A stretch of DNA of 64,000 bases from Hydrurus foetidus. Its lineage: Eukaryota. The position numbers and the translations under genes were made by a program. This document shows positions 54,691 to 64,000 of the stretch, one piece after another. The stretch spans positions 1 to 64,000 of the forward strand of contig UYFQ01000506.1 in the NCBI GenBank assembly GCA_900617105.1, written 5' to 3'. How positions within the stretch are numbered: the stretch's first letter is position 1; each line of letters opens with the position of its first letter. The notes under the pieces are model-generated. The model made no database searches and had not been told where the DNA came from. It worked only from the letters and a program-made list of their open reading frames with translations.

Positions 54691-55164
54691 TCAGGCCACG
54701 ATCGACGCCGCCTTCGCGCCCAGCGCCGCGACCAGATCGGCGGGCGCAAGACGGATCTGCAGGCCACGCTGGCCGCCGTTCACGAACACATAGGGCTGGG
54801 CCAAGGTCGCTTCCTCGACCGCCGTCGGCAGGCGCTTTTTCTGGCCGAAGGGGCTGACGCCGCCGACCTTGTAGCCGGTAATCCGCTCTGCGTCGGGCAC
54901 GGGCATCATGGCCGCCGACTTGCCGCCCAGGGCGGCGGCCAGCTTCTTCATGCTGACCTCCTTGTCCGACGGCAGCACCACGCAGGCCGGCTTGCCGTCG
55001 AGCAGCACGACCAGGGTCTTGAGCACCCGGGCGGGATCTTCCCCCAGGGCCTCGGCGGCCTGCAGACCCACCCGTTCTGAGCCGGGGTCGTAGTCATACG
55101 TAGCCAGATCGAACGCGACCCCGGTCTTGGCCAGGGCTAGGGTGGCGGGTGTGCTTCTGGACAT
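54691..55164 (-). CDS. ybaK: Cys-tRNA(Pro) deacylase
   Basis: TPAT..LKTL..TGYKVGGVSPFGQK..GGQRG. Confidence 0.92.
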   Translation of the reverse strand: MSRSTPATLALAKTGVAFDLATYDYDPGSERVGLQAAEALGEDPARVLKTLVVLLDGKPACVVLPSDKEVSMKKLAAALGGKSAAMMPVPDAERITGYKVGGVSPFGQKKRLPTAVEEATLAQPYVFVNGGQRGLQIRLAPADLVAALGAKAASIVA

Positions 55165-55245
55165 GGGGCAGGTGATATCCCAAGTGTCCGCAGGTGTGGA
55201 GCGGGGCATGCGCCGCCTGGGTGCCAAACCGGAGACGTGATCGTT

Positions 55246-56899
55246 ATGCAGGCCCTCGACCGCCGCCAGATGCTCGCCGCCGCGACGGGAGCGGGCCTTG
55301 GCGCTCTGCTGCCGGCCTGGGCGCGGGCCGGGACCGGCAAGGCGCCCGAGGTGCTGAGCGGCGAGGACATCCGCCTGACCATCGGCCATGCGCCCATGAC
55401 GGTCGACGGCAAGGCGGGCCACGCCATGGCCGTCAACGGCACCGTGCCGGGCCCGCTGATCCGCCTGAAGGAAGGCCAGACGTCCGGCTGTCGGTGACCA
55501 ACACGCTCTCCGAGGACACCTCGATCCACTGGCATGGCCTGCTGGTGCCGTTCCAGATGGACGGCGTGCCGGGCGTCAGCTTTCCCGGCATTCCGCCCGG
55601 CGAAACCTTCGTCTACGAATTCCCGGTCAAGCAGTCGGGCACCTACTGGTATCACAGCCATTCGGGCTGCAGGAGGCCGAGGGCCACTATGGCCCCATCG
55701 TCATCGAGCCGGCCGCGCCCGATCCGGTCGCCTATGACCGCGAGCATGTGATGGTGCTGTCGGACTTAGCTTCATGCATCCGAAAGCTGAAGAAGCTCAC
55801 GCCGGCTATTTCAATGACCGCAAGCAGACGGTGGCGGGCCTGCTGGCCGGCAGCGACCAGTCGCTGAAGGAGCGCCGAATGGGCGAAGATGCGGATGGAC
55901 CCGACCGACATCCTCGACGTCACGGGCTCGGTCTATCGCTGATCAATGGCCACGGTCGGTGGAGAACTGGACGGGCCTGTTCCGCCCGGCGAGCGGGTGC
56001 GGCTGCGTGTCATCAACGCCGGCGCCATGACGATCTTCAATGTCCGCATCCCGGGCCTGCCGATGACCGTGGTCAGGCCGACGGTCAGAACGTGCGGCCG
56101 GTCGAGTCGACGAGTTCCAGATCTCGCCGGCCGAGACCTATGACGTCATCGTTCAGCCGACTGAGGATCGGGCCTTCACCCTGGTGGCCGAGGCGTCTGA
56201 TCGCTCGGGCATGGCGCGCGGGACCCTGTCCCCGCGGCCGGGCCTGAGCGCGCCGGTCCCGCCGCTGCGCGAGCGCCCGCTGGCCAACATGAAGGACATG
56301 GGCATGGACATGTCCGCCCACGCCGGCCACGACATGGGCGGCATGGGCATGCGCGACGGCGCCAATGCGCCGGGCGTAAAGCTCGGCCCCGGCGTCCAGA
56401 CCATTTCGCCCATGCCGATGGACCGCCTGGGTGAGCCGCCGCAGGGCCTCGAAGACGTCGGCCACAAGGTTCTGCTCTATACCGATCTCGTTTCGCTGGA
56501 CCCCAATCCCGATCCGCGCCCGCCCGGCCGCACGGTCGAGATCCACCTGACCGGCAACATGGAACGCTTCATGTGGGGGTTCGACGGCGAGAAGTTTGGT
56601 CCGCTGAAGAAGCCCATCGCTTTCGGCGCGACGAGCGGGTGCGGGTGCTGCTGGTCAATGACACCATGATGGCCCACCCGATCCACCTGCACGGCCATTT
56701 CTTCGAGGTCGTGAACGGTCATGAGGGGCGCCAGCCGCGCAAGCACACGGTCAATGTCGCCCCCGGCGGCAAGGTGGCCTTTGACCTGACCGCCGACGAG
56801 CCCGGCGACTGGGCCTTCCACTGCCACATGCTGATGCACATGCATGCGGGGATGTTCAACGTCGTCACGGTGCGGCCGCTCGACGGAGCCCCGGCATGA
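55246..56899 (+). CDS. pcoA: Copper-resistance multicopper oxidase (multiple frameshifts)
   Basis: Tat signal [32 protein letters not shown]; Met-rich insert. Confidence 0.92.
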
Positions 56900-57782
56900 G
56901 CGCGCCGCTCCTGATGGCCCTGGCCCTGATGCAGCACGCGCATCACCAGATGACGCCGCCGCCCGCGCCGGTTCAGCAAGCGCCGGTCGATCCGCACGCG
57001 GGGCATCAGATGCCGCCCCAGGCCGTGCAGCCCGACCCGCATGCCGGCCACGCCATGCCGCCGGTCAGCCCGCGAACCGGAATGGCGTCACCCCGCCGCC
57101 GCCGACCGACTACGCCGCAGAGCGCTTCTACGACCCCGCCGTGATGGCCTCGGCCCGGGCGGTGCTGCGGCAGGAGCACGGCGGGGGCCGCTACTGGATG
57201 GTCCTGGCCGACCAGGCCGAGCGCCGCTCGGGCCAGGGCGCCGACGCCACGGCCTTCGAGGGCGAGGGCTGGTTTGGCGACGACTTCGGCAAGTGGGCGG
57301 TCAAGGCGCGCGGCGAGCATGTCGACGGCCACGGCTGGGAGAGCGCCGAACTGCAGGCCCTGCGCGCCCGGCCGATCGGTCCCTATTTCGATCTCGAAGC
57401 CGGTTTGCGGGTGGATGTCGAACCCCGGGGCCGCACCTACGCCACCCTGGGCGTCGAGGGTGTCGCGCCCTACTGGATCGAGACGCGGGCGGCGGCCTTC
57501 CTGTCGGATCGCGGCGACCTGTCAGCCCGGATCGAAGCCTCGCACGACCTGCGCCTGACGACCCGGCTGATCCTGCAGTCGAAGGTCGAGACCAGCCTGG
57601 CCGAGAGCGGGAGCGACGCCGAACTGGGCCTGCGCCTGCGCTACGAGATCCGCCGTGAGTTCGCGCCCTATGTCGGCGTGCTGCGCCATCGCACCTTCGG
57701 CGACGCCGCTGATCTGGCCCTCGCGGCCGGCGACCGGACGGGTCAGACCCGCGTGGTGTTCGGCGTCAGGGCCTGGTTCTAG
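56896..57782 (+). CDS. pcoB: Copper-resistance outer-membrane protein B (frameshift near 57070)
   Basis: His/Met-rich N-terminus DPHAGH; GLRLRYEIRREFAPYVG, GVRAWF. Confidence 0.9.
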
Positions 57783-57910
57783 ATTTTGTGAAGCCCTTGC
57801 CGCAACGGCATGGCTTTACCTGCGCGTAAAGACGCCCCAACATCTGTTTGACCTGATCGGAAGCGGTGGATTCACACGCCGCGCGACGGGCCAAAGGGAG
57901 ATCAGGGCGT

Positions 57911-59498
57911 ATGTCAGCCATCGACTTTGACCGCATGCCGACCCTGGGCGACGTCGCCCGCTATCATGCGGAGGCGCGGCCCGACGCCGTGGCCCTCAGC
58001 TTCGAAGGGCGCGACACCACCTTCGCCGAATTCGACCGCAAGACCAGCCAGGTCGCCAACGCCCTGCTGGCCGCCGGCCTGAAGACCGGCGACCGGATCG
58101 CCTATGTCGGCAAGAACAGCGACCTCTATTTCGAGCTGCTGTTCGGCGCGGCCAAGGCCGGCGTGGTCACCGCGCCCATCGGCTGGCGACTGGCCCCGCC
58201 GGAGGTCGCCTATATCGTCGGCGACAGCGACGCCAAGCTGGTTTTCGTCGGCCCCGAACTGGTCGACCAGATCGAGAGCGTCGCCGCCGAACTGACCTGG
58301 CGACCCGAGGTGGTGGTCATGGAACCGGTGGCGGGCGACGCCCACCGCACGTTCGAGGCCTGGCGCGACGCCCAGCCGGACACCGATCCCAAGGTCGCCA
58401 TCAAGACCTCCGACATCGCCATCCAGCTCTATACCTCGGGCACCACGGGCCGTCCCAAGGGCGCCATGCTGACCCATGACAACCTGCTGTCCATGCGCAA
58501 ACTGGCCGCCGAGAACCCGTTGGCCTGGAACCAGTGGGGGCCCGAGGATGTCAGCCTGGTGGCCATGCCTGTGTCCCATATCGGCGGCACCGGCTGGGGT
58601 CTGGTGGGCCTGCTGAACGGCGCCAAGGGCGTGGTGGCGCGCGAGTTCGATCCATTCAAGGTGCTGGACTATATCGAGCATGATCACATCTCGAAGATGT
58701 TCATGGTGCCTGCCGCCCTGCAGATCGTGGTGCGCCAGCCCCGGGCCCGCGAGGTCGACTATTCGCGCCTGTCCCACATCCTGTACGGCGCCGCGCCCAT
58801 CCCGCTGGACCTGCTGCGCGAGTGCATGGAGGTGTTCGGCTGCGGCTTCGTCCAGCAGTACGGCATGACCGAGACCACCGGCACGGTCGTCTATCTGCCG
58901 CCCGAGGATCATGACCCGGCCGGCAATGCGTGCATGCGCTCGGCTGGCCTGCCGATGCCGGGGTGAGCTGAAGGTCATGGATGAGGCCGGCGCCAGCCTG
59001 CCGCCCAACACCGTGGGCGAGGTGGCCGTGCGCTCCAGCGCCAACATGGCCGGCTACTGGAAGCTGGACCAGGCCACAGCCGCCACCATCGACGCCGACG
59101 GCTGGCTGCGCACCGGCGACGCCGGCTATCTGGATGAGGACGGCTATCTGTTCATCCACGACCGGGTGAAGGACATGATCATCTCGGGCGGCGAGAACAT
59201 CTATCCGGCCGAGGTCGAGAGCGCCGTCTATGGCCACCCGCACGTGGCCGAGGTGGCGGTGATCGGCGTGCCCGATGACAAGTGGGGCGAGGCGGTCAAG
59301 GCGGTGGTGGCCCTCAAGCCCGGCGCGCCGCGCGATCCCGACAGCATCATCGCCTTTGCCCGCACGCGGATCGCCGCGTTCAAGGCGCCCAAGAGCATCG
59401 ACTTCATCGACGTCCTGCCGCGCAATCCGTCAGGCAAGATCCTGCGCCGGGAACTGCGCGCACCGTACTGGGAGGGGCGGACGCGGCAGGTGAACTGA
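57911..59498 (+). CDS. Long-chain fatty acid-CoA ligase (frameshift near 58962)
   Basis: YTSGTTGRPKG, YGMTE, TGD, DRVKDMIISGGENIY, SGKILR. Confidence 0.92.
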
Positions 59499-59622
59499 AA
59501 GTCCTCCCCCTGAAGGGGGAGGTGGTCGCGCAGCGACCGGAGGGGGAAGTGATGCGGAGGGGCGGCTGATACTTCCCTCTCCGTCGCCTGTGGCGACACC
59601 TCTCCCTTCAGGGAGAGGACTT
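59498..59622. repeat. GC-rich palindromic intergenic repeat (family A, copy 2)
   Basis: AAGTCCTCCCCCTGAAGGGGGAGG...CCTCTCCCTTCAGGGAGAGGACTT; similar to 10342-10463. Confidence 0.85.
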
Positions 59623-59623
59623 G

Positions 59624-60549
59624 CTACTCGATAAACGCCTCGACCAGCTCCCGCGTGCCGACCAGGAACGCATCCGCCACCAGGGCCAACGGTCGCACGT
59701 CGGCTTCCGACTTACCCGCCCGGATCAGCTCGCCGAACCGCCCATAGAGCCCGGATACTCCGCCTCGGCGGCCTGGACCACCGGCTGGCCGTCGATCTCG
59801 ATGATGGCCCCGCCACTCGACAGGCGCAGGGTCCCCTCGTCGGCGACGACCGTGATGTCCCAGGTCTGGGGGCCGGTCTGCAGGAAGTCGAAGTCGGCGG
59901 TGATCCTGACGCCGTCGATGTCGGTCATGGCCAGGTGCGCCGCGACCGGCGACTGGACGTTTTCCGGAACCTGAAGCCGCGCGTCGGTGACGAACACTTC
60001 GCGGGGCATGATCTCGGTCAGGATCGACAGGGCGTTGATGCCCGGATCAAAGACGCCCAGGCCGCCGGCCTCCCAGATCCAGGTCTGGCCCGGGTGCCAG
60101 CGGCGCACGTCCTCGCGCCACTGGATGTCGACGCTGCGAAGGGTGCGAGCGGCCAGCCACGCCTTGGCGGCGGGCACGCCGGCGGCGAAGCGCGAGTGCC
60201 AGCTGGCGAACAGGGTCACGCCCTGCTCGGCGGCCAGGGCGGAGAGGTCGCCGACCTCGCCCACGGTCGCGCCGGGCGGCTTTTCCAGGAACACGTGCTT
60301 GCCGGCCCGCAGGGCCGTCAGCGCCGACTCGCGCCGCACCTGGGGCGGGGTGCACAGGGCGACGGCGTCCAGGGCGATCCCGCTCTGCAGCATCTCCTCC
60401 AGCGACTCGAAGGCGGGGACGCCCACGTCCGGCCGGCTGCGGCTGGCCACGGCGACCAGCTCCAGGCCCGGATCGGCCGCTATGGCGGGGATGTGCTGAT
60501 CCCGCGCGATCTTGCCGACCCCGACGATCCCGACCCTGATGATGCTCAC
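59624..60549 (-). CDS. Gfo/Idh/MocA sugar dehydrogenase (galactose/arabinose 1-dehydrogenase-like; C-terminal frameshift)
   Basis: GVGKIARDQH, CTPPQVR, LEKPPG, WREDVRRWHPGQ, FDPGINALS. Confidence 0.88.
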
Positions 60550-60934
60550 GCCGCAGCTCCCTGAACTCTCTGCCGATCTATTATCGTACAAATGGGGCGC
60601 GCCAAGCGATTTCATGACGGCGCTCCGCCAGCATCCTCGCCGTTCACCGGGGGCAAGAGCCATGGCGGGCGCGCCGGGCCGGTTGCCGGCCGCGTCAGAT
60701 CTGAGTTCGGGGAGGGGAGCCGGCCGGGGATAGAAAAGCATCCCCGGCCAGCGGGTACCGACGGTGGGGACCTATCGATAACCAAGCTTTGATGTGGGTC
60801 GGCGCTCAGGGCAAGGCCATGGCTAATATGTCGCAGGGGGCGTTCTGAAGGCTCCGGCCATCGCCGCGCCGCGAGATTTAGGGATGGCGCCCTCTCGCGC
60901 GCGAAGGGGGGCGGGGCAAGGCGCCCAGATCGAA

Positions 60935-61104
60935 CCCTTCTCCCAGAGGGAGAAGGAGGGGCCCGCGCCGCAGGCGTGGGAGGATGAGGGGTTTGCGAAG
61001 CCCTTCCGGACAAGGCAGGGCCTTCGGGCGCCAGGACGGCCGGCGGTGTAACCCCTCACCCTCCCACGCAAGCGTGGGTCCCTCCCTCTCCCTCTGGGAG
61101 AGGG
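60935..61104. repeat. GC-rich palindromic repeat (family C)
   Basis: CCCTTCTCCCAGAGGGAGAAGG...CCCTCTCCCTCTGGGAGAGGG with nested inverted repeats. Confidence 0.8.
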
Positions 61105-61129
61105 CTGGGCGTACGGGGATTGGTCGCGC

Positions 61130-61624
61130 TCAATCCCCGTAGTTTTCGGAACAAACCCCAGCCCAATCAACCGCTTGTAAAATAGTTGATCGCGCCCATC
61201 AGACGCGTCGAAACCCGCTGCATAATCAGAGCTGTCCCCGTCGCAGGGGGAGGCGCCTGGATCCGGCCCAACAGCGGCGATGGGGATGGAGCTGAGCGGG
61301 GCCGCGCGGTCACGCGGCGAGGACGAAGGTGGTCTGTTCGTTGGATTGATCCGGGACCACCGGAGGGCTCGTCGGAGGAACCGCGTGGAGCAACAGGGCG
61401 AGGGATCGTAAACCCGCCTATCGCGCATCGTCGGCGTCGAGACGGTTAGCCGATCGACGGGATGCGCGCCCGTACGGGGGCTCTTGGGTATCAGAGCTGA
61501 AAGACGCTCGCTTGGCCCGATCCTCACGCAAGAACAGCTTCTGCGAAGCGGACAGGTCGAGCCGAAACGCAAACAACACATCACGGTCATCCGGGTTCGC
61601 CCCGGCCGCTTCGCGCCTCCCCAA
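61130..61624 (-). pseudogene. Possible fragmented hypothetical gene between two palindromic repeats
   Basis: Protein-like pieces in different frames (DVLFAFRLDLSASQKLFLRED; CDGDSSDYAAGFD..FYKRLIGLGF); no family recognised. Confidence 0.3.
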
Positions 61625-61665
61625 CCCCTTCAGTGGCTGATGCCGCGTGAGGCTGAGAGCCCGTG

Positions 61666-61807
61666 TCTTCTCCCTTCCCCCTTTGATGGGGGAAGGGCGG
61701 GGATGGGGGTGACCCCGCCGGACGATTTCACACCGTCAGAGCCACATCCTGAACCGCTGTCGCCCCCATCCCCAACCCTTCCCCCATCCAAGGGGGAAGG
61801 GAGAAGA
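61666..61807. repeat. GC-rich palindromic repeat (family D)
   Basis: TCTTCTCCCTTCCCCCTT...AAGGGGGAAGGGAGAAGA terminal inverted repeat. Confidence 0.8.
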
Positions 61808-61839
61808 AAGCCAGTGACCTAGAGAGCAAGTGACGCCGC

Positions 61840-64000
61840 CTATTTCGCCAGCGGCGAGACCGGCAGGGCCTGGGCCTTGAGCGACACGGTCGAGGTCAGC
61901 GACTGGGCGCGCGAGGAGGCCCCGACCGAGACCGCATAGTCGCCGGCCGCGATCGACCAGCCGTTGGCCTTGCCGTCCCAGGTCGACAGCAGGCGCGGGT
62001 CGACCGTCACCGTCACCGAGGTGCTGGCGCCGGGCGCGAGTTCGACCTTGCGGAAACCGCCCAGGCGCTGGGGCGCTTCCCAAGACGCCCCATTGGCGCC
62101 GGCCTTGGGCGCGACATAGACCTGCGGCACGTCCTTGCCGGTCCGCGCGCCGACATTCTGGACGTCGAAGCTGACGGTCAGAACGCCGTTGGCGTCAGAC
62201 GCCTTGAGGTTCGAATAGGCGAACTGGGTGTAGGACAGGCCATAGCCGAACGGGAACAGCGGCTCGTGCTTCTTGAGGTCGAACCACTTGTAACCGATCG
62301 CTGCGCCTTCGATCCGGTAGTCGACGTCGAACAGGACGTCGGGCGTCTTGGGATCGCCGTCCAGCTTGGGACGGGGCAGTTGGGTGACGTCCCTGGGGAA
62401 GGTCACGGGCAGGCGGCCCGAGGCGTCGACCTCGCCGGTCAGCACGCGGGCGATGGCCTCGCCGCCATTGGTGCCGGGAACCAGGCCTGCAACACGGCGC
62501 TGACCTCGTTCAGCCAGGGCATGAGCACGGGCCGCCGGTCTCCAGCACGACCACCGTCCTGGCGTTGGCCTTGGCGACGGCGGCGATGGTGGCGTCCTGG
62601 TTGTTGGGCAGGTTCAGGGTCCAGACGTCTTCCGACTCGGTGGTCCACTGGTCGGCAAAGACGATGGCCAGGTCGCTGGCGGCGGCCAGCTTGGCGGCGG
62701 CGGCCGGGTCCCGCCGTCGGCGAAGGTGATCCTGGCGTTCGGGAAGCGGGCCTGCAGCGCCTTCAGCGGCGAGGAGGATAGTAGATCACCGGGCCCGGCC
62801 AGGTGGCGGGCAAGAGGCCCTGCACAGCGCGACCGCCGGCCGGATAGACCTGCGAGGAGCCGCCGCCCGACAGCACCCCGACATCGGCATGGGCGCCGAT
62901 CACGGCGATGGTTTTTGCGGTCTTGGCCAGGGGCAGGAGACCCCCCTGGTTCTTCAGCAGGACCATGCCTTCCTCGGCGTCGGCCTGGCTGACCAGACCG
63001 TTGGCCTTCAGGTCGATGGGCGCGATCTTGACCGGGTGATCGACCGCGCCGCTGGCGAACAGGGCGCGGGTGATGCGGCGAGCCATGTCGTCCAGCCGCG
63101 CGCCGCTGACGGCGCCGCTGGCCAGGTCGGCCTTGAGCACCGAGCCCAGGAAGTTCTGCTTGTCGAAGGCGTCGCCGGCCGACTGCTGGTCGAGGCCCGC
63201 ATTGACCGCCTTGGAGCCGGAATGCACCGCGCCCCAGTCGCTCATCACATAGCCCTTGAAGCCCCAGTCCTTCTTCAGGACCGTGTTCAGCAGCCAGTCG
63301 TTCTCGCAGGCATAGACGCTGTTGACGCGGTTATAGGCGCACATCACCGACTGCGGGTCGGACTGCTCGATGGCGAACTGGAAGGCCAGCAGGTCCGACA
63401 TCCGGGCCGAGGTCTCGTCGATATTGGCGCTGAGGATGAAGCGGCCGGTCTCCTGATTGTTCAGGGCGTAGTGCTTGATCGTGGAGACGATGTGGTTGGA
63501 CTGGATGCCCTTGATCTGGGCGGCCACCATTGTGCCGGCCAGCAGCGGATCCTCGCCGCCATATTCGAAGTTGCGGCCGTTGCGGGGCTCGCGCACCAGA
63601 TTGACGCCGCCGGCCAGCATGACGTTGAAGCCGGAATTGCGGGCCTCCGAGCCGATCATCGCGCCGCCCTTGAACGCCAGGTCGGGGTTCCAGGTGGCGG
63701 TCGTGGCCATACCCGAGGGCAGGGCGGTGCGTTCGCGGAATTCCTTGGCGCTGCCCTGGGTTGCGACGCCGATGCCGGCGTCGGTCTCCCACTGCTCGGG
63801 GATGCCCAGGCGCGGGATGCCCTTCACGTAACCGGCCGAGCCGGGCAGGGAGCCTTCGATGCGCGTGTACTTGGGCTTCATGTCGGCGCCGAAATAGCCG
63901 AACACCAGGGTCAGCTTCTCGTCCTGGGTCATGGCCTTGACGACCAGGTCGGCGCGGGTGTCGGGATCAAGCTTGGCGTTCAGCCAGGGCTGGGCGGCTG
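61840..64000 (-). CDS. GH3 beta-glucosidase/xylosidase (frameshifted; N-terminus beyond window)
   Basis: GRNFEY..EDP, KHY, YVMSDW, VLLKN, GYKWF..PLFPFGYGLSYT, Fn3-like C-terminus. Confidence 0.92.

Noticed and set aside
3800..64000. Mass pseudogenisation or programmed frameshifting in pmm, ptrB, rbsK, fliO, hutU/G/H/F, pcoAB and GH3
   Set aside because: Breaks are mostly single-base losses, often in short homopolymers, scattered through otherwise well-conserved genes; best explained by long-read consensus error. Needs short-read polishing to confirm.
1..64000. CRISPR array, rRNA or intact IS/prophage
   Set aside because: No regularly spaced direct repeats, rRNA signatures, transposase or phage structural genes recognised; the palindromic elements are isolated.

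Overview
GC-rich alphaproteobacterial chromosome segment, most likely Caulobacter or a close relative. This rests on two mucR paralogs, fliP-fliO/flgBC-fliE with a CtrA box, hutUGHI/hutFC, ybaK, pcoAB, SigT-type promoters and GC-rich palindromic repeats. Many core genes are split by single-base indels, which looks like long-read consensus error rather than true pseudogenisation. Accessory blocks: (1) a left-end island remnant (O-antigen ligase-like and acyltransferase genes, decayed tyrosine integrase, degenerate second tRNA-Cys, 3'-half tRNA-Gln att scar). (2) 15.4-18.9 kb: a sigma54-type promoter driving a secreted protein with four ~46-aa amyloid-like repeats, an internal stem-loop, an HfaA-like protein and two CsgG/HfaB paralogs (one lipoprotein, one not), a candidate non-canonical curli/holdfast-anchor-like fibre system. 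(3) 50.3-54.3 kb, next to tRNA-Met: an EL222-like LOV-HTH light sensor upstream of a DTE xanthorhodopsin-type pump and blh, plus divergent fasciclin/CBS genes sharing a perfect EL222-type box, a candidate blue-light-regulated rhodopsin module with no crt genes in the window. All calls come from motif recognition by eye; no searches were run.
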